DNA of 64,000 bases, from positions 13,578,001 through 13,642,000 of the forward strand of contig NC_043007.1 in NCBI RefSeq assembly GCF_006345805.1, written 5' to 3'. Below, piece after piece: positions 25,189-38,595 of the stretch. The position numbers and the translations under genes were made by a program. Numbering within the stretch: the first letter of the stretch is position 1; every line of letters starts with the position of its first letter. Below the pieces are notes generated by a model, which ran no database searches, had not been told where the DNA came from, and saw only the letters and a program-made list of their open reading frames with translations. Source of the stretch: Octopus sinensis. Its lineage: Eukaryota.

Positions 25189-25731
25189 GGCTGCTCTAAT
25201 CACTGGGCCATTGCGCCTCCACTAATGGGACGTAACGAGTAGCCATCAATATTAATTGCAGGAATATTTGATGGGAGCATCAACAGCAGCAGCAGCAGCA
25301 GCAGGAATGATGCCGCTCTCCTTTCCCTGTTGCCAGAGTATAATTCTTGCTTATAATGGATTTGAAATAATAATATTTCGGTTAAAGTAACCCTATCTTG
25401 TTAAATTAACCCCTTCAGTATGTTGCAGCTCTGAAGAAGGTAACTTATTCCATCAGTCTATATAGACTATGGATCAATTTATTAATATGATTACCCTATC
25501 GCACCACACATCTTCCTTATTTTATCGGAAACATACGTAAACTTAAAATAAATTATCAAAACCCGTTATCTATTACTCTGTAACAACATACCAATTTTAC
25601 AATGTGGCTGTACTCTGATTTACAAATTTTCCACGCGGCATCTTGTATAGTTCAGATTATCTGGATTCCCACTTCCATCACTGGACGGATATTTTAGCCA
25701 GGCGTATCCTCCAGTATAGGGATGTTATAGA

Positions 25732-25776
<45 letters not shown>

Positions 25777-25897
25777 ACAGAGAATGAGAGCGAGAGAGAG
25801 GCATTAAGATAGATTGACAGATATATATATATATATAAATAGATAGATGAATAGATATATAGCTAGCTAGATAGATAGATAGAAAGATGGATGGATG

Positions 25898-25932
<35 letters not shown>

Positions 25933-25933
25933 T

Positions 25934-25975
<42 letters not shown>

Positions 25976-26032
25976 CAGATAGATATATAGGTAGATGGAT
26001 AGATAGAAAGAGAGATAGATAGATAGATAGAT

Positions 26033-26724
26033 ATGTTTCTTTATTAGCCACACAGGGCTGCACACATAGAACAAATTATAAGGTAGAGCTTTTCTTTTGA
26101 AGGTATTAAAAAAAAAAAAAAAAAAAAAGGAAGGGGGAGGTTCGATCAAAAGGGATCGTAAAAGGAGAGAAAGAGGACAAAAATAAGGGGGGTTAAAAAA
26201 AAAAAAAAAAAAAAAAAGGGGGAGAGGAAAAAAATGATCAATAGGGATCGTTATCACAGAAATGTCAATATGAAGTGTAAAGGGGAGGACAGGTGAGGTT
26301 TACCCGTGGAAAGAAAAGCCTGCGGAAAAACCACGGTAACCTCGGTCAATGAAGTCACATTTTATATTTCTTTTTTTTTTTTTTTTTTTTTTGCAAATAA
26401 GCAACTCTCTGTTTTCGATTTTTGGATTCATAGGACTATGCTCAAGGTGGCTTCGTCATTCATACGTGCCATTCTTGCTACATTCACCCATCTTTTTTTA
26501 AAACATTCGCTAGACAAAACTTGCCTCTCTACTCTCACTTTCCTTTTCAAGTGTACTTGAAGAAGTTGATGAGAGATTGACCAGAGAGGAAAGTGTTTGT
26601 CTCCAATCCTTTCAGACGCGTCCACCAGATACATTCTTTCTTCGCCATAGCCACAAGGATGATGAAAATAGCTCTTCCTTCCCGTTTTGAAGGAGGCGTG
26701 ACAATATTGACGATAGACTCAGCT

Positions 26725-26728
<4 letters not shown>
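26033..26728 (-). mobile_element. Tx1/L1-clade LINE 3' fragment in (AGAT)n
   Basis: Frameshift-corrected [23 protein letters not shown]...[26 protein letters not shown]. The 3' UTR ends aataaagaaacat-(atct)n. Confidence 0.75.
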
Positions 26729-26759
<31 letters not shown>

Positions 26760-26772
26760 GGATAGATAGAAG

Positions 26773-26837
<65 letters not shown>

Positions 26838-26873
26838 AGATAGATATATAGACAGACAGACAGCCAGACAGAC

Positions 26874-26910
<37 letters not shown>

Positions 26911-26911
26911 T

Positions 26912-26967
<56 letters not shown>

Positions 26968-26973
26968 ATAGAT

Positions 26974-27423
26974 ATGTTTCTTTATTAGCCACACAGGGCT
27001 GTACACAGATAGAACAAATTACAAGGTAGAGCTTTTCTTTTGAAGGTTTAAAAAAAAAAAAAGGAAGGGGGAGTTTCGATCAAAAGGGATCGTAAAAGGA
27101 GAGAAAGAGGACAAAAAAAGGGGTTAAAAAAAAAAGGGGGAGAGGAAAAAAAGAAAAAAAAATTGATCAGTAGGGATCGTTATCACAGAAATGTCAATAT
27201 GAAGTGTAAAGGGGAGGACAGGTGAGGTTTACCCGTGGAAAGAAAAGCCTACGGAAAAGACCACGGTAACCTCGGTCAATGGAGTCACATGTTATATTTC
27301 TTTTTTTTTTTTTTTCGGAATAAGCAACTCTCTGTTTTCAATTTCTGGGTTCATAGGATCATGCTCAAGGTGGCTTCGTCATTCATACGTGCCATTCTTG
27401 CTACATTCACCCATCTTTTTTGA

Positions 27424-27424
<1 letters not shown>
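26974..27424 (-). mobile_element. Same Tx1-like LINE, shorter 5'-truncated copy
   Basis: Homologous to the 3' part of 26033-26728. Confidence 0.8.
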
Positions 27425-27497
<73 letters not shown>

Positions 27498-27512
27498 GGA
27501 TAGATAGAAGGG

Positions 27513-27555
<43 letters not shown>

Positions 27556-27591
27556 AGATAGATATATAGACAGACAGACAGCCAGACAGAC

Positions 27592-27637
<46 letters not shown>

Positions 27638-27643
27638 ATAGAT

Positions 27644-28089
27644 ATGTTTCTTTATTAGCCACACAGGGCTGTACACAGATAGAACAAATTACAAGGTAGA
27701 GCTTTTCTTTTGAAGGTTTAAAAAAAAAAAGGAAGGGGGAGTTTCGATCAAAAGGGATCGTAAAGGGAGAGAAAGAGGACAAAAAAAGGGGGTTAAAAAA
27801 AAGGGGGAGAGGAAAAAAAAAAAAATTGATCAGTAGGGATTGTTATCACAGAAATGTCAATATGAAGTGTAAAGGGGAGGACAGGTGAGGTTTACCCGTG
27901 GAAAGAAAAGCCTACGGAAAAGACCACGGTAACCTCGGTCAATGGAGTCACATGTTATATTTCTTTTTTTTGGGGGGGGGGGGGAATAAGCAACTCTCTG
28001 TTTTCAATTTCTGGGTTCATAGGATCATGCTCAAGGTGGCTTCGTCATTCATACGTGCCATTCTTGCTACATTCACCCATCTTTTTTGA

Positions 28090-28090
<1 letters not shown>
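27644..28090 (-). mobile_element. Same Tx1-like LINE, duplicate of 26974-27424
   Basis: Identical 5' truncation point and the same variant spacer microsatellite. Confidence 0.8.
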
Positions 28091-28132
<42 letters not shown>

Positions 28133-28137
28133 CATAC

Positions 28138-28240
<103 letters not shown>

Positions 28241-28492
28241 TATATTCAGTATGTTATGCGACGTGCATGTTTCATTGTGTTTTATAATTGCTGAAATCTT
28301 GGCGGACACATTCATGCTTATTTTATTTACCAAATGAAATTATTGAAGAAAGTGACAGTGAATTCCTTTCCAGCATGAATAGAATCCCGGTACACCAAGG
28401 AATACTTACAGCGACTCACGAAATTTTTAGTAGATAATAATTCCTAATTCATTTATTCTTTCATATACATATACATATATTTTATAATATCT

Positions 28493-28580
<88 letters not shown>

Positions 28581-28587
28581 CATGTAC

Positions 28588-28626
<39 letters not shown>

Positions 28627-29334
28627 TTGATATTTATCATTATTTATATATATTATATATATATATATGTAATATATATATATAATATGTATACATATTA
28701 TTTTCTTTTTACTTGCGCCGATATTTGTCTTATGTTCTCGGGATATATTGCATCGGTGTATTGTGTCCCCTTCATATTTGTATTCTTTTGGGTTTTTTTC
28801 CTTATTTTTTCTTCCCCCCTTGACATACATCTTTGTTAATGTCAGAAGATTAAAAGATAGCTTGAAACTGGTCAATTCGTATAAAAACAGAAGCTGAAAT
28901 TCCAATCACGATTACTATCTTACAGCAAACATAGAATAAATTTGTGGGGAGAATTATTAAACATTCCAGCGGTTAGTGTTTCAAAATTGTTATCTTTTTA
29001 AATCCTCCTTTGCGTTGTCTTTTTGTTTGCGTTTTTGTTGATTCTTTTGTTGTTGTTGTTGTTTTTTTGCTGCTCCTGCTGTTAATATTGTTGATGTCCC
29101 TACCGATGCGAATTGCTCAACTGAAAAAACATGAATAAGTATTTCTTTTTTTTTTTCAGTGTCATCATACACATTTGTAAGCAAATTTTTATATACACTC
29201 TAGCTCTCACATACACGCACATGTATATACACACACGTAAATACATACTTACATACATATACGTATACGCATATTTATATACATAAGTATATTTACACAC
29301 ACATACACGCAGAAACATACACAAACACTCATAC

Positions 29335-29378
<44 letters not shown>

Positions 29379-29409
29379 AGCTGAAATTAATAGAAAATCA
29401 AAAGACAAA

Positions 29410-29575
29410 GAAAGGTATATGAACAACAAGCAAGTGTACTAGTATGACGTTCGGGAAAAATGAAAATGTCTTTTACATTTCGAGCTTATGCTCTTCCTCA
29501 GAGAAGAATAACAGAAAATAAATAACAAACAAGAGAAAATAAAAACAAAACTGGTAGATTTCAGCAGTTCAGCAT
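29410..29575 (-). mobile_element. Element H2 with hammerhead core at 29468-29507
   Basis: Minus strand tcttct-CTGAGGA-a-gagc-ataa-gctc-GAAATGTA-aaagac. Confidence 0.75.
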
Positions 29576-30070
29576 GGCAAAGTATATTTATATATATATA
29601 CGTGTATTTTCATGTAATTTTTTAATGCAATTTATAAATCCTTTATTATTTAAATGTTATATTCTCAGTATGTATGTCCATCGGTCTTCCTGTCAATATT
29701 TCAATATTTATCTGATTTCATAGTAACTACGATCATCAGTACCAGTGTTTCTATTTTATACATCCCCCTCTTTCTTCTTTTCCAACTCCTCGTTAACTTC
29801 TCCACTTTTCATTCACCTGCTACTAATGCAGATAACTTTTTTCACTTTTTGTTTTTGGCTTTCCAATTAAATTCCTTTAGGCACCCCAATACTTGAGTTA
29901 TTGACAGATTAATTAAATATATTTACCGACTTGCATTTATTAATAACCTACTAGTTGTCAAATAATTACGTGATATCTGATTCGAATAAGTCTAAAGCTA
30001 TGCAAAATATGACACATATTCCTATAATTATTCTACACAGATTCCGATATATATGAACATTTAGCTGTGG

Positions 30071-30126
<56 letters not shown>

Positions 30127-30142
30127 CTATATATTCAAAATG

Positions 30143-30341
30143 TGACCGCGTGTGTACCGCTGGCGATTTTTTCCTCTGTCTTCCCTTCTCTGGATCTTTC
30201 CTTCTCCTACGTTTCCGACGAATAGCTCCGCTCGAAACGTTTAACCCTCCTTCTTTCCATCTGTCCTGAGCGTCCAATAATACTATATTTGTTCCACGTC
30301 CTCGCGTTGTTGTGTTTTTTTGTGCTTTCTTGTTTGGATTA
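30143..30341 (+). mobile_element. Element H1 with hammerhead-like motif at 30211-30246
   Basis: gttt-ccgacga-a-tagc-tcc-gctc-gaaacgtt-taac; flanked by (TA)n. Confidence 0.75.
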
Positions 30342-31308
30342 TATATATATATTTTAGTTTAAGATTTAAAAGAAACTTATGTTCACTATCTTTAATCTCT
30401 TCTTTGCTGGCAGAATAATTAGTCAGATGCAGCACGGAATTTTGTGAGTGAACAGGTCGCGGTCTCAAAGCGACGTAAATATTTTGACAAATTAAATTTA
30501 AATGTTGAAGAAATCTAACTGATTTTGTGTGTTTCTTAAATGGCTTATAAACACCTTCCACGCTGCAATTGTTTTCGTTCCAGCACACGATCTCAGATCA
30601 GGTCACTTGCTATGCAAGTACATCTCTGTAAAAGAATAATTAGAGCTTCAGTGAAAATTTCTATTCTGTTGTATTAAACGATTTCCACCATTCTGGTATC
30701 AACTTCCCCTCTGATATTTCCAAGGTTAGCACAACGTATTAATGAAATAATTTGGTCGATGTAAAACTATTACAATATTCCAGATTCCAATGGAACCCGA
30801 ACAGATGAGATGACTTGTGGTATTAGGGGGATACTGGATATTCAAAAGAAGTCAAGTGTACTAGAGAATTCCGGTTTTTTTTGTTTCCTTATTAAAATTC
30901 TTGGCACGTAAGAACTGTAATGGCAGCTACGATTTAGGCTAATTCTAATTAGCTAAACATCAATGCAAATAATTTTATACAACAGGATATTATAATTCTT
31001 GAGTGTAATTATCGACAATTATTAAGAAAAAAAAAACCTATAATTTCTAACGTAAGAAATAGTATTATAAACAAAATGCCTCGTTGAATGCTTCGGCAAT
31101 AGAATGACTGTGGAGCAAGGAACGAACGGTGTTCAGCTTATTTATTTATCTACTGAGTACCGTTGATAATAGTTTAAACAGCCTTTTTTTCACTTTCTGT
31201 TTATTTTATCCAGTAGAATGTGGTCCTGCTGGCGTTAGAGGCTTGAGCGGTTTCGTCGGCCCACCTCCCAGAACTTACTTTTAAGTCCGCTGCTCATCTT
31301 CAACCGAA

Positions 31309-31467
31309 ATTTACATTTGACAGACATTTGTCCTCATCTTTTTGTCAACACAACGTTTCGTCTGATATATGTTCCAGCCTTCATCAGGCGTCTTCCGTCA
31401 TCGATCGTCGTCGTCATCATCATCATCATCGTCATCATCATCAACATCGTCATCATCATCGTCGTCG

Positions 31468-31500
<33 letters not shown>

Positions 31501-31573
31501 AGGCCACTGCCTGAAATGGAACTCGGAATCTTGGGGTTATTAACCTGCGCTCTTAACCACTACGCCATATGCC
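31309..31573 (-). mobile_element. Penelope terminal unit: tRNA-like head + (GAT)n + hammerhead
   Basis: Head ggcatatggcgtagtggttaagagc. HHR at 31348-31391 (minus): acgc-CTGATGA-a-ggctg...cagac-GAAACGTT-gtgt. Confidence 0.8.
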
Positions 31574-31603
31574 TAAGGGCAATTATGGAGTGAATTTTAG
31601 GGC

Positions 31604-32175
31604 TTATAAATCCAACGTTTTCTTATCCTTCCTTAATACCGGTTCCCATATGCTATTCATATTTGCACCCGGTCTGCTTAGGAGGTTGTTGTGTCCTAGC
31701 ATATGTGCTGCTTCTTTTAGTTTTCGTATTTTCCAGTGGTGTTCCCTGTCTATTTTAACTTCATCCCACAGGGGGAGGTGGTCTCCATTTTTCCATACAT
31801 GATCATCTACACCCGATTTATCAATATCTCCTTGTGTCACAGCTTTGCGATGTTCCTCTATCCTTATTTTGAGGGGGTGGCATGCTTCACCTTTGTATAA
31901 CCTACAACAGCTGCATGGGATGGAGTACACGCAGTTTTTGTCATATTCACTTCTATTGGTGGTTTTACCCGAAGGAGATATTTACGAAGTGTTGTATTAC
32001 TCTTCAAGACCGTCCTGATGTCATATGGACCGCATATATTTTGTATCTTTTCGGAGAGGCCTTTCACATAGGGTAGACAATCTGTAGACAGTTTATTGGT
32101 TTTCTCCTGTCGTTTCTTCTTAATTGGAGTAGATATTATATTTTTGGAGTATTTTTTGCTTAACACATTGATCAT
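31604..32175 (-). pseudogene. Penelope-like element ORF 3' part (RT thumb/linker + GIY-YIG endonuclease), frameshifted
   Basis: LPYVKGLSEKIQNIC...; YSIPCSCCRLYKGEACHPLKIRIEEHRK...WKIRKLKEAAHM. Confidence 0.92.
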
Positions 32176-32494
32176 ATGGCGTAGTGGTTAAGAGCACGGG
32201 CTACTAACCCCAAGATTCCGAGTTCTATTCCAGGCAGTAACCTGAATAATAATAATAATAATTACAATAATAATAATAATAATAATAATTACAATAATAA
32301 TAATAATAATAACAACAACAACAACATCGAAAAATACCTTAGAAATGAGAACCCAGGTTCGAAATTTCACGAAGACACCTGATAATGGCTGGAGGGTATA
32401 TCAGCCGAAACTTTGTCTTAACAATAAACAATATGAGGACAAATATCCGTCAAATGTAAATGATGTACATAATTCTCATCTCTTAAATATAGAA
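32173..32494 (+). mobile_element. Inverted copy of the Penelope terminal unit: tRNA head + (AAT)n + degenerate hammerhead
   Basis: catatggcgtagtggttaagagc...; acac-ctgataa-t-ggctg...cagcc-gaaac at 32375-32418. Confidence 0.8.
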
Positions 32495-32726
32495 ATCAAT
32501 ACCGGTAATCGAATTTTAGGTCGATGTCAAACGCCACTCAAACTTAAAGCAATACACACAGACGTATGTGTAGATGGGCTTCATCACAGTTTCAATCTAC
32601 CATAATGAAAGCGCTCTTGACCAAAGTTCCACGCAGTGGGACTGAATTGGAAGCTTCGTAATCGCAAGCTGAACTTCTTAACCAATTAGACATGCCCTCA
32701 TCACTGTTTGTAGAATATATAATATA

Positions 32727-32953
32727 TATTTCTTTACTACCCACAAGGGGCTAAACATAGAGGGGACAAACAAGGACAGACACACAGATTAAGTCGATTA
32801 CATCGACCACAGTGAGAAACTGGTACTTTATTTATCGACTCCGAAAGGATGAAAGGCAAAATCGACCTCGGCGGAATTTGAACTCAGAACGTAACGACAG
32901 ATGAAATACCGCACTTCGCCCGACGCGCTAACGTTTCTGCCAGCTCTCCGCCT
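32727..32953 (-). mobile_element. SINE B, ~16-bp TSD (one mismatch)
   Basis: tagaatatataatata at 32711-32726 versus tagaacatataatata at 32956-32971. Confidence 0.88.
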
Positions 32954-34079
32954 TATAGAACATATAATATAGCGATGGATGAACGACCCTTTAAAGAAAA
33001 TTAATGCATTACATGATTAACCAGTAATTTCTGAGATTGCAATACTGTTCTCAAATATACTAATAGGTGTAGCCACCACAAATAAGCATGTTCAAACTAG
33101 GCACAAATTTGAAGCTAACGAATGATAATGTAGGCGATATTTCGCAGTTTTAGAATTATCAGTCATATATCCGTGTTATCACATACTACCGTCTCAAGAA
33201 GCGTATGTCATTGTATAACGTAAAGCTAGACATATTGTACCTAAAAATGAAAGATGGAAACTTCACAGTTTGAATTCTTTTGATCACAGTTCTGCGAGAT
33301 CAAGGCTGACCTTAAAGCTTTTTAAGAACAAGACCTATTATCACAGTACATCCTATACAATCAATATATAACGCGCAGCATAAAATAGAAGCCATGCTAA
33401 TGATTTCTAACTTTAGCACATTTTAGAAAATATTTCAGTTATACACCATATATATCAATAATATATTCCACAAAGAAACGAACGCAACACAATAGCCGCC
33501 ATTTTCTTCTCTAGGTCCTGTGGCAATTTCCGGTCCACTGTAATGTAGGTGAAACACCACTTTCATAGATATCACTGATCACGAACTCTTAAATAGTTCA
33601 AATTTTTCTATTGAATAGATCATGAGTGCAAGCTATGACAAGGGGTTACGATGCATAAACAATTAGGTGTTGTCGTTCGTTAATAGCGCTTATTTCTTAA
33701 AACCTATGGTGAAGATCGCTAAATACGTTAAATACAACATCAGTGAGAACTGAACACGTACTGTAAATGGAGCAATCAAAAAATGGCATTTAATGCAGCT
33801 TCAAACCATTTTTCCCTAGTGTGTATTCTTTGGGTATCAATGACAATGCCACTACGTGATAATTCTGCTTACTAGAAATAGTAAGCGTATGTTACAAAAA
33901 TCAACAACTATTTCTTTGAAGGAAGAAGGACCGCTACTAAGTCCGAATGACCAACACTGGCATACCTACTGACGTTGTTTGACACAATATTTTACTGCAC
34001 TCTTGAAACAGTATAGGATTAAAAGAAGTACATGGTATATGTTAATAATCCTATTTACTATTGGCCTAGATTTTCTGGG

Positions 34080-34652
34080 GAGCGAGGGTCGTCGATCACA
34101 TCGACCCCAGTACTCAACTGGTACTTAATATATCAACCCTGAAATGATGAAAGGCAAAGTCCACCTCGGTGGAATTTGGACTCAGAACGTAGTGGTAGAC
34201 GAAATACCGCAAAGCATTTCGCTCGGCGTGCTAACGACTCTTATTTCTTTACTGCCCACAAGGGGCTACACAGAGGTGACAAACAAGGACAGACGAATGG
34301 ATTAAGTCGATTATATAGACTCCAGTGCGTAACTGGTACTTATTTTATCAACCCGGAAAAGATGAAAGGCAAGTCGACATCGGTGGAATTTGGACTCAGA
34401 ACGTAGCGGGAGACGAAATACCTATTTCTTTATTACCCACAAGGGGCTAAACACAGAGGGGACAAACAAGGACAGACAAACGGATTAAGTCGTTTACATC
34501 GACCCCAGTGCGTAACTGGTATTATTTTATCGACCCTGAAAGGATGAAAGGTAAAGTCGACCTTGGCGGAATTTGATCTCAGAACGTAGCGGTAGATGAA
34601 ATACCGCGAAGCATTTCGCTCGGCGTGCTAACGATTCTGCCAGCTTGCTGCC
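34080..34652 (-). mobile_element. SINE B multimer (three tandem units)
   Basis: Units at ~34422-34652, 34242-34421 and 34080-34240. Confidence 0.85.
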
Positions 34653-34749
34653 TTGGCACTCTTTAAAAATGGGAAGAATATTTCACTGGAAGTGGCTTCA
34701 TTGTATTTCATGGCGTGGAAGGTATCTAGCTCAGACAGACCATACACAC

Positions 34750-35705
34750 ATGCATTCATTCATCCTGTGAAAGACATCTTAGATGTGATCAGCAGCTGCT
34801 CAAAAAAATGTCATCTAGTTATTAGATCCCTATGCGACATCACGTTGTCGCATAAACTATATACAATGCTGTTGTGTCTGGTGAGAGTCATTTTCTTTTT
34901 GTGCCTTATAGTGTAACACACTCACCGGTAAAATTTACACTTATTTCTTATTTGTATTTTCCTAAAATTTCCACTTATTTCTTACTTTTATCTTCCAAAA
35001 ATTCTCGTTGCGTCTTGCAACTTTTTCAAAACTATTGAAAAGGTTGCAGGACGCAATGAAAATTTTAGGAAAATAAAAATAAGAAAAAAGTGAAAATTTT
35101 ACCGGTGAGTGTGTTACATTATAAGGCACAAAAAGAAAATGACTCTCTCCTGATACAACAGAATATGCTTCAACACACGAACTCATATAAAGAATCTTGC
35201 ACACCAAATCCCAAAACGAAATATACAATGCCATTCGAAAAAATTAATAGAAAGACTATCCTGGAATAAATATTAGAGAATCTCCCTATTATTGAATACG
35301 TACTCAAATACCAGCACAAGGAATACTGGTGGAACATTCCCATCGTAACGTCTGTGAAGTGTAAGGTTAACAGGCCAGAAATTGCTGTTTGGTCCAGAAA
35401 AGAAAAAGTACGTGGCATCAGGTCAGCTGAACTGCTGATGTGAATATCTGTTTGAAAATCAAAGAGAAAGAAGATACTTATGGACAACGGTTTCGAAATA
35501 TTAAGCTTCTATATCCAGATTATAAATTTACATTTATATCAATAATAACAGGAATAATTGGTTTTGTAAATAAGTGCTTAACTCTCAATTAGGATAAGCT
35601 AAAGTTTTCAGAAATAGAAGTCGATTCATTGATTCGCACATTAAAGTACAATCTGCAAGCGGAACGGTAATGCTATGCAAGACTTTTCTCAGGTTTAAAA
35701 TGTAA
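34750..35705 (+). pseudogene. RLE-type LINE 3' fragment interrupted by a foldback insertion
   Basis: DVISSC...PMRHHVVA*TIYNA | IRK...EYWWNIPIVTSVKCKVNRPE...KEKEDTYG...SGTVMLCKTFLRFKM*. Confidence 0.75.
34869..35161. mobile_element. ~290-bp palindromic foldback element
   Basis: Arms ctgttgtgtctggtgagagtcattttc... and ...gaaaatgactctctcctgatacaacag are complementary up to a loop near 35030. The left arm carries a ~33-nt duplication. Confidence 0.9.
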
Positions 35706-36117
35706 CATTGAATTCGTTATCTACATTCCAATAACGGAGCTTTGTGTCTTTGTTAGAAACCAGATCCTTCTTCAGAGGAAGAATTTAAATGATTAAATAC
35801 AGAGGAGACATACTTACATAATGTATATATACATGCATACATACATATATACATACGCAGCCAGGACATCAAAACCAGATATATAGTGACCACCACTGGA
35901 AAATTCCACATTAATAGCGACACCCAATGGACCAACGTGAGACGAAGCGATGATGGTAGAAGTATAAGGTTAGTCTAAACAGCCTTTGAATGTTCCATTG
36001 AATCTCTCAGTCAATATCTGCTGAACAGTACAGAAAGAAATGAGCATATTCCATGCATACGCAAATGCGAAAGCAATAATATATCCCCTGAGTTGGAGAA
36101 TTACTGTAAAGGTACTT

Positions 36118-36805
<688 letters not shown>

Positions 36806-36870
36806 AGGCAACTGTCTCGTGCACCTCAAAAGAGGCTGAACTGATCTAAATAAACCGAAATATACATACA

Positions 36871-37258
36871 TAGGCGCAGGAGTGGCTGTGTGGTATGTAG
36901 CTTGCTAGCCAACCACATGCTTCCGGGTTCAGTGGCACTGCGTGGCATCTTGGGCAAGTGTCTTCTGCTATAGCCTCGGGCCGACCAAAGCCTTGTGAGT
37001 GGATTTGGTAGAATCCTGTCGTATATATGTATATATATGTATATGCATGTGTGTGTATGTGTTTGTGTGTCTGTGTTTGTCCCTCTAGCATTGCTTCACA
37101 ACCGATGCTGGTGTGTTTACGTCCCCGTCATTAGCGGTTCAGCAAAAGAGACCGATAGAATAAGTACTGGGCTTACAAAGTATAAGTCCCGGGGTCGATT
37201 TGCTCGATTAAAGGCGGTGCTCCAGCATGGCCGCAGTCAAATGACTGAAACAAGTGAG
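36871..37258 (+). mobile_element. SINE A
   Basis: Full-length copy ~65 bp downstream of the previous one. Confidence 0.9.
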
Positions 37259-37643
37259 CGAGATACATATATAGAGACAGACAAGCAAACAGACATCGGA
37301 CATACACATCTGCGTGCATAAGTAACTTCGAAGTTACTTAGCTTAAAGAGACATCATTATTAGACAACCTGACGAAGCCACCGAACTAATAAATACTTCA
37401 GTGACGCTGTTTTTCATGATAAAACAAGAGGAACAAAATAAATGAGATATTGAGCTTAAAGGTGTTTACTGATCATTCAATCAGTGCATTTTATTTTACT
37501 GTGGATAACGAAGCATTTAAACCATTTTCTCTATATAATGGATGAGCTGTGTGTTATACATGTGTATAATGCCATACATACATACATACTATACATTACA
37601 TACATACATAATACACACAAACACACACATATTATGTATATAT

Positions 37644-37730
<87 letters not shown>

Positions 37731-38070
37731 AATATAAGGGTATTAATTAATTCTAGAAAAAATTCTCCTCTCCCAGCGGTCTAGCGAGAGAGAAAAGATA
37801 GTCAAGACTATATAAATACATTCTACAATATTTTGAATCATATATATATATATATATTATATATATATGTATGGATGGATGGATATATATATATATATAC
37901 ATACCATATATGTATATATACAATAACACATGCGTTCAGCTTCGCATGGCTGAAAGTATCGTGTGACGCAGAGCGCCCCTACCTCATCAGTTGTTCCAAG
38001 ATTAAATACTTCTAACTGCAGCCAAATGTCTTGAATCCAATTATTTCGCTTGTTCCTCAACTCAAGCACT

Positions 38071-38103
<33 letters not shown>

Positions 38104-38595
38104 TACATACATATGTATGTTTGTTAGTGTTTGTACATATGTGTATATATTATTATACAACACAATTATCCACACCTGAGCACTATATCTGTCATATGAA
38201 TACATTAAGTAACTAAATTGAATGTATATAAACTTATTTCATAACTTTTTCTGATGCAGGTGGTCTCCGAAAAACGCCATGTCGATTTTCTCACCAGATC
38301 ATTAAATTTTACCTACCACTGTTTCGTTGCCATCGTTGCAGAATATGAGAGAAAACCCCATCGCTAATTAGTTACGTCAAATACGACTCTTATGCTGCCA
38401 ATTGTACTGAATCCCGCGTCTCATAATGTACCAAAGTGATGCTCTTATTCTATTGTTAACTTATAATAAATAGTTTCGTTTATTATTATACTGTGAGTAC
38501 ACAAATAATAAATTTTTTGTGTTTCCGCCATAATACAAACGGATACGCAAAAGAAACCGGAATTTTGCAATATTATTTAATCACTTATTTTATTC

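Noticed and set aside
25427-25500. Hammerhead (ctgaaga-a-ggtaa...ttacc with internal hairpin)
   Set aside because: GAAA is absent and stems I and III are not found.
37364-37412. Hammerhead (ctgacga + imperfect stem II)
   Set aside because: No GAAA or stem III after the stem; at best a decayed relic.
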